Of a DNA stretch of 64,000 nt, positions 1 to 8,583 are shown in pieces. Made by a program: the position numbers and the translations under genes. The DNA lies in NCBI GenBank assembly GCA_964645795.1, contig CAZYCL010000005.1, positions 26,006 to 90,005 of the forward strand, written 5' to 3'. Below the pieces are notes generated by a model that worked only from the letters and a program-made list of their open reading frames with translations, made no database searches and was not told the origin of the DNA. This stretch comes from an uncultured Planctomycetales bacterium (GTDB lineage Bacteria; Omnitrophota; Gorgyraeia; Gygaellales; Profunditerraquicolaceae). Position 1 is the stretch's first letter. Each line of letters starts with the position of its first letter.

Positions 1-2308
1 GCAGCGGCCAAGGCAGGGAATCCAGTTCTTGCAGCAGGGGCCGCAAGGAGTTTACCTTGACCGCGCCATTATCCCTGTAGACTAAACCTTTTACGGTATT
101 AAATTTTCCGGCCCCGGACAGCTCCCTGAATAGCTCAAGCGCCGTTCGCTCATACTCGCCAAACATGGAGAAATCGATGCGCGGATTCTTGACTAGGAAC
201 TCCGGTTGGCGGATATTATAATCCAGCCCGCATACCGCTATCTTTGTCCGGCAACGGTCTATGCGCCCTAGCAGGGCCAAATCGTTATCCAGGGAAGGGG
301 TGGAGACTTCCGCAATAAGAAGCCGGGGCGCCAGCTCGTTTATCAGTTTTACGAATGCCTCCTCTTCCATCTCTTCGGCGATGGCATCGATAACCCTGAC
401 CTTGATCCCGTTTGCCAAAAGCAGGGAAGCGGTATAGGCCAAAAAGAACGGAAAAGGCAGGTAAGCCTCTTCTGTCTCATTCTTCATATGCGGCCAGCGC
501 GAGCCTGCGCGCACCCCGCATAGCCCGTCTTTGCTCCACGGCATGTTCGCCAAGACTACGTCTACCGGCAACAGCGGCTGGGCAAGATATTTCCTGTTGG
601 CCTTTTCTTCTATAAAAGGCAGACGTTGTCGATATAGCTTTTCTCTTACGAAGGCGATATAACCCGGCAGATCCGCTTCCTGCAGTATTTTTACCTTAGC
701 CGAAAATACCGGGCATCCCTTCTTTTTCTTAAGCCTGATTGTCTTTTTGCTTGAAGACACCTGGGCCATAATAAACCGGGCCTGGTTAAAACAATCGCTG
801 TTGCGGATCTTCGGCTTGACAACCGCATCTTCATAACTGGAACCAAACTCAAATAACACGCTGGGAAGACGCTCGCTGCCTGTATCTGAACTGACCCCAA
901 GCGAATCAGAATAAATATTGTGTAACGGGATATCCACCCATTTGTTTTCCTTGGCGTTTATTTTGGGGAAAACCCCTTGTTCCCAGGAATTCATCCAGCG
1001 GCTAAAATGCGCTGCCGGGACCAGGATCCCGGATTCGACTTCCAAAAGACGCATATTACGCCAGGCTTTTAATTCAACCGACCAGCTGACCGTGTGTTCA
1101 TCTTCCAATAATATGCTCCATGTCTGGATTAAGGCTATCCCGGGCCAGCGGAAAGTAATGGTAATTTGGCGTTTGGAAGGCTTTTTCACCTCCCAAAAAG
1201 CATAGCTGGTATAAAAGTGCTGCGGGACAATCATCTGCTCGCTAAAGGAACCGACAAATCCGTTATAGCTGGTAACGGCCGAGTTATCCCAGAAGATCTG
1301 CACAGACCTGTTTTCGGAATCCGCTACCAGGCGCAGCCTCCCCGCCTCGATGGACTCTTTGTTTTTTGTAGACCTGTAAAATATGCCAAGTAAAGAAAAA
1401 TAAAGGTTGGACGGCGAGAACGTATTGATGAAAAAGTAGCATAGCTTGGAAGGCGAGAAGGAGTTAAGGACCGGCGTTAACCCCAGAATATAATATATGT
1501 ATTTTGAGCCTCGCTTAAAGGCGTAAAAAAAGCCCCCCTTGCTATAATGCTCCAGATACCGGCGCCAGAGATACTCAAACCTCCCCTTTTTCCGGTTGGT
1601 TTCAACGTACGCCTTGAACCGGACCATATCTTCGATCAAGCTGACACGGCAGGAAAAAATATTGTCTTGTTTACCGGGGCTCGAACCAGTCGAGTCGTAA
1701 ACCGGCTTTACCAGAGCGAACAGAGCTCTCAGGCTATCATGATAATGGCTATTCAATATTTTGGGGTAAGCCGGATAAGGGACATCGCTGAATTCAAAGA
1801 TCAAGGCAGGATTGCCGGGCCCGGTATGTTGCCCGCTTACACCCAAATAATAAGACTTCAGCTCGTCGGAGCTGATCTTCTTCCAGCTCGTGTCATCTTT
1901 GCCGATCTTAGGGAAAAAACTGTTTTTGGTTACGCTGAACCACCGTTGGTAATCCGTATAAAGTTTAAGGCCTATCTCGTGCCTATTGACAAGCGGTTTT
2001 CCCGGGCAAATAAAGCCGACCTTCCAAGTGAATGTTTCCTGGTCAACGATAGAGATATCCCAGCTCTGGATGAAATCCTGATCTTTCCATTTCAAAAGCA
2101 AGCTTACCCTGTCCGGACCGAAATCGTTTACCTGCCAAGAGGCCCTTTCGGAATAAAAGCTGTCGCCTGCGCTATGGCCGACTATACTGGCAAGCCCCGT
2201 GTCTCTGGTTATTTCGGTGCCTGCCCAAAATATGGACACCCTCCCGTTTTCCGGGAAGACCGCAAGCCTGAGTTTCCCCTTATTCAGCTCAAACTGATTA
2301 TCTGGCAT
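1..2308 (-). CDS. B12-binding (class B) radical SAM protein, N-terminal ~769 aa only; the gene continues past the window start. Two ~135-aa tandem repeat modules, then a cobalamin-binding domain.
   Basis: Not in the supplied ORF track, because no stop codon lies inside the window. Hand translation of the minus strand from ATG at 2308..2306 gives an open frame all the way to position 1 (MPDNQFELNKGKLRLAVFPENGRVSIFWAG...). I checked frame continuity at 1..120, 361..720, 901..1140 and 1501..1620. The distal part (...PLLPVDVVLANMPWSKDGLCGVRAGSRWPHM...IAVCGLDYNIRQPEFL...GLVYRDNGAVKVNSLRPLLQELDSLPWPL) has the pattern of the B12-binding domain that precedes the CxxxCxxC core in class B radical SAM enzymes. 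The stop of the upstream gene (2316) sits 8 nt before this ATG. Confidence 0.55.
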   Translation of the reverse strand, partial: MPDNQFELNKGKLRLAVFPENGRVSIFWAGTEITRDTGLASIVGHSAGDSFYSERASWQVNDFGPDRVSLLLKWKDQDFIQSWDISIVDQETFTWKVGFICPGKPLVNRHEIGLKLYTDYQRWFSVTKNSFFPKIGKDDTSWKKISSDELKSYYLGVSGQHTGPGNPALIFEFSDVPYPAYPKILNSHYHDSLRALFALVKPVYDSTGSSPGKQDNIFSCRVSLIEDMVRFKAYVETNRKKGRFEYLWRRYLEHYSKGGFFYAFKRGSKYIYYILGLTPVLNSFSPSKLCYFFINTFSPSNLYFSLLGIFYRSTKNKESIEAGRLRLVADSENRSVQIFWDNSAVTSYNGFVGSFSEQMIVPQHFYTSYAFWEVKKPSKRQITITFRWPGIALIQTWSILLEDEHTVSWSVELKAWRNMRLLEVESGILVPAAHFSRWMNSWEQGVFPKINAKENKWVDIPLHNIYSDSLGVSSDTGSERLPSVLFEFGSSYEDAVVKPKIRNSDCFNQARFIMAQVSSSKKTIRLKKKKGCPVFSAKVKILQEADLPGYIAFVREKLYRQRLPFIEEKANRKYLAQPLLPVDVVLANMPWSKDGLCGVRAGSRWPHMKNETEEAYLPFPFFLAYTASLLLANGIKVRVIDAIAEEMEEEAFVKLINELAPRLLIAEVSTPSLDNDLALLGRIDRCRTKIAVCGLDYNIRQPEFLVKNPRIDFSMFGEYERTALELFRELSGAGKFNTVKGLVYRDNGAVKVNSLRPLLQELDSLPWPL

Positions 2309-2315
2309 TTATCGG

Positions 2316-3767
2316 TTAGATGAACTCTTCAAGCTGGTTCTCCTGAAGGTATTTGACAATATGATTGTGTTCGTTGACGTTCTCGCAGGAATCGCATTGC
2401 CGGTCATAAAGCTTCTCACCGCGGCAAAATTCGACATCCCTGTTATCCTTCATATGCTTGGCGGCCACGCGGTAACGATTGTATTTTTCGGAGAACCATA
2501 TCTCTTCCAGACTGTAATTGCGCAGGCTGTCTACCATCTTATTGCCGCAGCAAAAAAGCACCTCCCCGTCAAGCTGGATATTGCAAAAACTCCATCCGGT
2601 AAAACAACCCTGCCGCGCGAACATCCCGTGGGTCCTGCTGCCTTCCGATTGTTCGTAGGAATCCAGGTATACGCCGGAGAGCTCGTCCGTGCGTATCCCG
2701 CTGTCTTTAAGCTGCTTGACTGCCCTGGGCATGTTGTTTCTTAAATAATCGACCTGCTCCCTGCTTAGCTTAAGAAACTTATTCTGCTCATCAAGCAGTA
2801 TAATCTTGAACAGTACCGCGTCCACCCCCAACCTCATATCCATCTCTACGAAACCAAAAAGGTCTTTGCAGTTTAAATTATGTATAACGTGGGTCATGTG
2901 GATCTCGGTCTTCTTGCCTTTTTCCTTCTTATAAGAGCTCAAAAACCTGATATTCTCCGATATCCTGTGAAAATCGCTTTCGGGGCTGCGTGGGCATACC
3001 TGTTTATAGCTGGATGGCGTAGCCGCGGGAAGGCTAAAAGTAATAAAGGTGGCCCCTGAATCCAGCATGTATCTTGCCAGCTCCTCATCCAAGAAAAAAC
3101 CGTTGGTTATAGTCTCAAACTCCAGGCCGTTATCCCGGCACACCCCGACTATCTCTTTGATATTCGGGTGCATCAGGGGCTCGCCGTTAGCCAATAGGCA
3201 GATTTTTTGCACAGACATCCTGCCGGCGCTTTCTGCTATGCCTCTAAACATCTCCAGGCTCATTTTCCCCTTGAGGTAGTCGGGGTCTTTATGCGGATTC
3301 TGTGGCGAGTGCAGCCAGCAATGCAGGCAATCGGTATTGCAGTAGTGCAGGAGATCCACTACTATAGAATATGGCCCGGTAAAGGTATCTTCGCATATCA
3401 GGCCCAGGGCCCTTTGTAGCTGTGCGCGCTCATACCTGCTATCGTCTTTGATCCGGCTTAACTTCAATAAAAGGGAGGCCAAAACCCGGTCATCTACGCA
3501 AAGCCCCTTGCCGAAGGCCGATAGCCTTTTGTTAATGCCGCGAACGTAACTTAGCCACCGAGGTATGATATCTTTCACCGGGAAAAGCCCTAACTCCTCT
3601 TTGACGGACAGGCCGAAATCTTTTTCAAGCCTGCCCTTGAGCCTCAAGAAATTACTTTTGGTGACTGCGATCTCCCCGGTCCGGCAGCACTGATTACCAT
3701 CTGGGCCGCTTCCTTCGGCAGGCCGCTCTGCAAGCCGGATATACTCTTCAGTAGAATATTCTTTCAT
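2316..3767 (-). CDS. Radical SAM enzyme with a ~145-aa N-terminal extension and a Cys-rich SPASM/twitch-like C-terminus
   Basis: CxxxCxxC motif in YCNTDCLHC. C-terminal Cys clusters (CFTGWSFC...FCCGN...CDSCEN). Paralog of the 56844..58535 protein: both share LFPVKDI, GP..IV.D..H.CNT.C.HCW.H and a CD.C.N C-terminus. Confidence 0.7.
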   Translation of the reverse strand: MKEYSTEEYIRLAERPAEGSGPDGNQCCRTGEIAVTKSNFLRLKGRLEKDFGLSVKEELGLFPVKDIIPRWLSYVRGINKRLSAFGKGLCVDDRVLASLLLKLSRIKDDSRYERAQLQRALGLICEDTFTGPYSIVVDLLHYCNTDCLHCWLHSPQNPHKDPDYLKGKMSLEMFRGIAESAGRMSVQKICLLANGEPLMHPNIKEIVGVCRDNGLEFETITNGFFLDEELARYMLDSGATFITFSLPAATPSSYKQVCPRSPESDFHRISENIRFLSSYKKEKGKKTEIHMTHVIHNLNCKDLFGFVEMDMRLGVDAVLFKIILLDEQNKFLKLSREQVDYLRNNMPRAVKQLKDSGIRTDELSGVYLDSYEQSEGSRTHGMFARQGCFTGWSFCNIQLDGEVLFCCGNKMVDSLRNYSLEEIWFSEKYNRYRVAAKHMKDNRDVEFCRGEKLYDRQCDSCENVNEHNHIVKYLQENQLEEFI

Positions 3768-6604
3768 AAGGGCTTGTCGATGGATATAAGACCGCTGAAG
3801 TATTTATAAGCGCCGCAGCCCACCTCTTTGCCGGTGCGGGATACCTTTTCAAATCCGATACTCCTGCTTTTATAGACCTGGTTTGAGTTCTCCGCCGTTA
3901 CCTCGTATTGCCCTTTGTCCTCGCAGCTAAATGAGACAGCAGGAAGCCCTGCAGTATCGCGGCAGGATACGCTAAGCCGTTCTCCTGTTTTTCTTAACAT
4001 CTCTTCCCAGCCTAACAGGCCGAAGCCCTCAGGAAACTCCCCCTCACAGGCATCTGCGCATGACCAGCGGTAATAAGAATCAGAAATCATGATATTGGTC
4101 TGCTGTCTCTCCATCGAAGTGCCTGCAAAGACTTCCATGTCCACGTTCAAATGAAAGCCGTTACGCACGGACCTTAACTCCCATGTCTGGGATATGGGCA
4201 GGTACGGCCATATGCCTCGCACCAGCAGCCTGCCTTTTTTGTAAGCGATCTTTTCCCAGAGCGCATCCAGAGAACTGTACCATTGTTTTACATAAAAATC
4301 TTCGGAATAAATCGAGGTGTAGAGCCCGAAGTTCTTGGTCAACTCTTTATCTTTGTAGAAAATCCTGCATCTGCCTTTTTCAAACACAATCCTGTTGACG
4401 CCGGACTCGATTAAAAGCTGTTCCGATATGAGTTTCGATCCGGAGGGCAGCCTCGCCAGACCATTTGCGCAATCTTCTTTTTTCGGCTTAAGGCCGCCGT
4501 CCCCTCCCGCGCATATCCTTATATCGAAGAGAAGGTGCTCTCCTTTAGAGACGACCGCGTTATCTTTGGACTGGACATGAAGAAAGTATACCGTAGTGGT
4601 GGGCTGGCGGATTATCATGCCGTCCGAATCCCGGCTGTTCTGATCAAAGAGCTTCTTCAGGGAATTGAACATCGTGATACCGGAGACCTCGCTAAGAACT
4701 ATCTGCGGCAGCTCAATGCCGCTGGCCTGCGCATAAACCCCCAGGGTATTCGACGGATCGTTTTTCATCAACAGGTCTCTTGTGTCCCGGGCCTCGGTTT
4801 CCCCGGAGATCATCCCTTTTTCCTTGCCGGCAAACCAGGCGTTGTAGGCGGCGTCCAACAGGCAACGGAATTCTATATTGCTTAAAGGCATCTGCTGCCG
4901 GGCCTGCATGCTTACCCGGCATGAAATAACCCCCTGCGCCAGTTCCAGCCTCCAGGTCTCATGAAACGGAAGGCGGCGATGGAACCTGGATATATCAAGC
5001 CCCGACTCAGACCTCTTGTGGATGACCGTTTCGTAATCGGACTCCGGATAGGGGCTACGCTCATTGCAAAAATGCACCTGCAGGCCCTGCGAAGAAGTCA
5101 GCTTTCTGCCCGCTAAATAAATGCCTATATTATTTGCTGATGCGGATAGGGAGAGCTCTCCATGCTTAATGCTTTTGGGTAGCAGCCCTTCGGGCAGGGA
5201 ACGCAGGTAATCATCCCTTTTAAGCAAATCATCGAATATGCGCAGCTTTAGATCAAAAAGACACTGGTTTTGAGGCCTTTCGCTGATAATCGGAGCGGCC
5301 TCTGCGGTGATCTTTGATTTTAATACCTGCGCGTCCAGCTCGCTGGCTGCCGTCTGCACCTCCAGGAGCTTGCCCGGGACATAAACCTCATCGCTCATGA
5401 CCACCGAAGGAAGCTTATCGGCCTTAGGATCGCAACTAAGTCCCACAAAGCTTACCGCGGGGCTGTGGCTGTCAATGCACTCCCAGGGGGCCTTGACATT
5501 TGCGCCTTTGGCCTCGAACTCCTTATTTTTATAAGGCGTCATCCATCGCCTGTAAGCAGGCCTTAACATCAGGCCCGCGCTTATCTCCTCCAGTCCTACA
5601 TCCTGACGGGACTGCATGGCGATCCTTATATCCACGCATTGGCTATCCTCATCAAGCATAACCTCCCAGCGCTGCTTCAAAGGCAGATACCAAAAGCTTC
5701 CGTCCAGGACTATCCTGTCAGAAGAAGATTCTACCAGCTCCCAGTCCGACTCAAAAGACAGATACGGCTTGCCGTAAGCGCTCACCATAGAGTAACCGCC
5801 CCATTCTTTGGTAAGGGGTTCTTCATCCCAGGTCAATATCAGCCTGCCGTTGTTAAAAACGGCCCCGAGCCTCTTGCCCTGAAGTATGCCTATGCCCCTC
5901 CTGCTGCCTACGGTCCTTAAATAAAAAGAGCTGACCTCTTTGAGCGTGCCGTCCTTGACCAGCCTGCCGTCTTTGAAGAACAGGCCCCTTTCACAAAACA
6001 GGCGCGCGGTCTCCAGGTCATGGGTAACAAAGAGTATGGTCTTACCTTCCTTCTTTAGCTCGAACATCTTATCGATGCATTTGCGCTGCGCGTAAAGGTC
6101 GCCGACGGCAAATATATCGTCGACCAGCAGGATGTCCGGGTCCACGTGGATGGCGATAGCGAATGCCAGGCGCATGTACATGCCCTGCGAATAAACCCGG
6201 ACCTGGGCATTTATGAACTTGCCGATGTCGGCGAAGTTTATTATATCGGGCAGCCTCTTATCTATCTCCTCTCTGCTCAGTCCGAACAGGCTGGAGGTAA
6301 GATAGATGTTCTCCCTGCCGGTGAGATCCTCCTGGAATCCCGCGCCGATATCCATAAGGGCTGAAACCCTCCCCTTTACCAGGGCCGCGCCTTTATCGGG
6401 TTTAAGCATGCCCGCGATGATTTTTAGTAAAGTGGTCTTTCCCGCGCCGTTTTCTCCGATGATGGCCACGCACTCGCCCTCAGAGACCTCAAGATTGATC
6501 TCCTTTAGCACCCATATGTCTTCAGAGGCCGTGCGGCCGCACTCCTTGAACTCTATTCTGTACTTTAGCCAGACATCTTTTAGGGATACGGCGGTCTCTG
6601 TCAT
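3764..6604 (-). CDS. wzt: Wzt-type ABC transporter ATP-binding protein for glycan export, with an unusually long (~700 aa) C-terminal multi-repeat extension
   Basis: N-terminal 245 aa has Walker A (GENGAGKTT), a YSQGMYMRL signature-like motif, Walker B (ILLVDD) and an H-loop (VTHD), typical of Wzt/TagH. It is immediately upstream of an ABC-2 permease. The C-terminal 700 aa contains at least 3 copies of a repeat also seen in the 1..2308 protein. Confidence 0.75.
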   Translation of the reverse strand: MTETAVSLKDVWLKYRIEFKECGRTASEDIWVLKEINLEVSEGECVAIIGENGAGKTTLLKIIAGMLKPDKGAALVKGRVSALMDIGAGFQEDLTGRENIYLTSSLFGLSREEIDKRLPDIINFADIGKFINAQVRVYSQGMYMRLAFAIAIHVDPDILLVDDIFAVGDLYAQRKCIDKMFELKKEGKTILFVTHDLETARLFCERGLFFKDGRLVKDGTLKEVSSFYLRTVGSRRGIGILQGKRLGAVFNNGRLILTWDEEPLTKEWGGYSMVSAYGKPYLSFESDWELVESSSDRIVLDGSFWYLPLKQRWEVMLDEDSQCVDIRIAMQSRQDVGLEEISAGLMLRPAYRRWMTPYKNKEFEAKGANVKAPWECIDSHSPAVSFVGLSCDPKADKLPSVVMSDEVYVPGKLLEVQTAASELDAQVLKSKITAEAAPIISERPQNQCLFDLKLRIFDDLLKRDDYLRSLPEGLLPKSIKHGELSLSASANNIGIYLAGRKLTSSQGLQVHFCNERSPYPESDYETVIHKRSESGLDISRFHRRLPFHETWRLELAQGVISCRVSMQARQQMPLSNIEFRCLLDAAYNAWFAGKEKGMISGETEARDTRDLLMKNDPSNTLGVYAQASGIELPQIVLSEVSGITMFNSLKKLFDQNSRDSDGMIIRQPTTTVYFLHVQSKDNAVVSKGEHLLFDIRICAGGDGGLKPKKEDCANGLARLPSGSKLISEQLLIESGVNRIVFEKGRCRIFYKDKELTKNFGLYTSIYSEDFYVKQWYSSLDALWEKIAYKKGRLLVRGIWPYLPISQTWELRSVRNGFHLNVDMEVFAGTSMERQQTNIMISDSYYRWSCADACEGEFPEGFGLLGWEEMLRKTGERLSVSCRDTAGLPAVSFSCEDKGQYEVTAENSNQVYKSRSIGFEKVSRTGKEVGCGAYKYFSGLISIDKPL

Positions 6605-6612
6605 TTTAAAGC

Positions 6613-7398
6613 TTAAAGGCGCTTAAGTATTTCATCTTCCTTGCGGGAAAAAAGAAGGTAACCGAAGAACAGGCTGGCGAGGGAAAAAGAGGTGCATAGC
6701 AGCCACATCTCTACCCGGCCAAAAGCGCCTGCGTATAATATAGACCTGTAGATCTCCATGTAACAAGTTCCGGGGTTTAAGATTATTGCCGGCCGCCAGG
6801 CCTGCGGCACCGCCTCCAGAGGATAGAATACGGGCGTCACCCAGAACAAGAACATCAGCCCTACGTTTAGAAAATGCGCAAAATCCCTGAAATACACGTT
6901 GATCACCCCGAATAAGAATGCTATCCCGAGAGTAAACAAAAAATGCAGCAGAAGGATCAAGGGCAATAAAAAGAGGCTGGCGAGAACCTGGGGGTTAAAG
7001 ATCGCGAATATCGGGAGCATGAAAACCAGACCAAACAAAAAGTTTATGAATTGTGCGCAGGTCACGGAGAAGGGGATCGTCTCCCGGGGCAGAAGGAATT
7101 GATTCATTATTTCCGTATGGCGCTTAAACGATTGAGTGGCATCGCTTGCCACCCCGGAAAAAAAGAACCACGGCAGGAGGGCGCTGAGGATAAAAAGAGG
7201 GTAGCCCTTGATGTCGGTCTTCATTATTTGAGTAAATACAAAGCTCACCGCCAGCATTATAAAAAAAGGGTTGAGCACGCTCCAGAAGAACCCCAGGACT
7301 GACCCGGAGTACTTTTCCTTAAGGGACTTCAGAATCAACCCCCAGACCGCTTGCCGCCTGGAAATAATCAAACGAATCCTTTGTTTTAGCATAACCAA
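6613..7398 (-). CDS. wzm: ABC-2 type polysaccharide export permease (Wzm/TagG-like)
   Basis: 261 aa with six hydrophobic segments and the ABC-2 permease pattern, located 9 nt upstream of wzt. Confidence 0.7.
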   Translation of the reverse strand: MVMLKQRIRLIISRRQAVWGLILKSLKEKYSGSVLGFFWSVLNPFFIMLAVSFVFTQIMKTDIKGYPLFILSALLPWFFFSGVASDATQSFKRHTEIMNQFLLPRETIPFSVTCAQFINFLFGLVFMLPIFAIFNPQVLASLFLLPLILLLHFLFTLGIAFLFGVINVYFRDFAHFLNVGLMFLFWVTPVFYPLEAVPQAWRPAIILNPGTCYMEIYRSILYAGAFGRVEMWLLCTSFSLASLFFGYLLFSRKEDEILKRL

Positions 7399-7448
7399 AA
7401 GTGATTGTTAGCCTTTTTCTTGTGCTTAATGGCCATCGAGGAAGGCAA

Positions 7449-7476
7449 TTTATTATACCTCTATCGTCTCATAATT
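7449..7476 (-). promoter_or_regulatory. Putative sigma70-like promoter for wzm-wzt and the downstream radical SAM genes
   Basis: On the minus strand there is TTGAAT (plus 7471..7476), a 16-nt spacer, and TATAAT (plus 7449..7454). It lies in the 147-nt AT-rich gap between the SGNH gene stop (7546) and the wzm start (7398). Confidence 0.3.
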
Positions 7477-7545
7477 CAAGAGTAAGATGTCTTCTCTGGG
7501 GGCAGGCCGGGCACGCCGCAATATATATATTATTAAAGATAAAAG

Positions 7546-8571
7546 TTATTTTCGGGGAATTTTCGAAGCGAGCTTTTCGTAGACCGTTTCGGCGACAATC
7601 CGGTTACCGTAAGCACTAAGGTGCGGATCCGCCTTAAAGAATACGCCTGTTTTGTCCGAACAAGCCTTCTTCAGAGCAGGAAGAAGGTCAATATAGGCGA
7701 ACTTCGAGTTCTTAACGAGCTCGACCCAAGTTTCCCACGCATGCTGCCGGTCTTTTGTGCCTTGGACGAAATCCCGCGAAGGGATAAGTATAAAAATACA
7801 CTCTGCTTTGTTCTTCCTGCATATGCTCTCTATCGCATCAAACTGCCCCAGCGTAATCCTAAACGGCTCTTTGAACTCCAGGGGATGTAGGGCGGCGCCT
7901 GTTAAAGGAGTCTTGAACAACGGCCGCTTAAGCATCAAGGTAAAGAGCCGGCGTAACAGCGCGTAAGAACGCAGGTGCCTGTTTAAAAACAATCTGAATT
8001 GGATATTGCCTTTTATCTTATTCGATACCAGAAACCCGGCATCCTCCAAATAGGTTAGCCGTTCGCAGCCCAAGTCATCCCACCAGAACTGAACCAACAC
8101 CATATCGGGTCTCAGGCGGCCGCACTCCCGCTCCAAGAACTTCATCTCGTTATAAGTTGAGTAGCCTGGCACTCCCGCCTTAATTACCCTGATATTGCCT
8201 TTTGCAAAACTCAGCATCTTCTCTAAAAGGCTAAGGTATGTCTCTTCCAGCTCCACGCCTACGCCGAAAGCCAGTGAATCACCGATCCCCAGGAGCCTGA
8301 AGCCTGCCGGGTCTGCGCTATGGTCGCCGTCCCTCATGGCCATGGCGTTGGTATCGATGGATATGCTAAACTCCGGCTGTGAATATCTGCCTTTAAAATT
8401 TGCAGCCAGCGCATAACCATAATCATTGTTCCGGACAAAGTAGCCTTGGGGGAAGGCGTAATACGGCTGTTTCAGAATGAACCGTGCGGCAAATTCAAGA
8501 AGAACGAGGCTGACGATAATGACAAAAAAGACAAATACGAGGACCCTAAAGGGTTTTTTAACGCGGGGCAT
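7546..8571 (-). CDS. Membrane-anchored SGNH/GDSL hydrolase (polysaccharide esterase/acyltransferase-like)
   Basis: N-terminal TM helix. GDS motif in LGIGDSLAFG, a downstream block GVPGYST, and DPHLS (DxxH) near the C-terminus. Confidence 0.6.
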   Translation of the reverse strand: MPRVKKPFRVLVFVFFVIIVSLVLLEFAARFILKQPYYAFPQGYFVRNNDYGYALAANFKGRYSQPEFSISIDTNAMAMRDGDHSADPAGFRLLGIGDSLAFGVGVELEETYLSLLEKMLSFAKGNIRVIKAGVPGYSTYNEMKFLERECGRLRPDMVLVQFWWDDLGCERLTYLEDAGFLVSNKIKGNIQFRLFLNRHLRSYALLRRLFTLMLKRPLFKTPLTGAALHPLEFKEPFRITLGQFDAIESICRKNKAECIFILIPSRDFVQGTKDRQHAWETWVELVKNSKFAYIDLLPALKKACSDKTGVFFKADPHLSAYGNRIVAETVYEKLASKIPRK

Positions 8572-8583
8572 GCCGTGCTATTC

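Noticed and set aside
1547-2323. 258-aa plus-strand ORF, the longest listed ORF in the first 2.3 kb.
   Set aside because: It is the antisense shadow of the real minus-strand gene 1..2308. It has no recognisable motifs. The minus frame encodes a coherent repeat + B12-domain protein.
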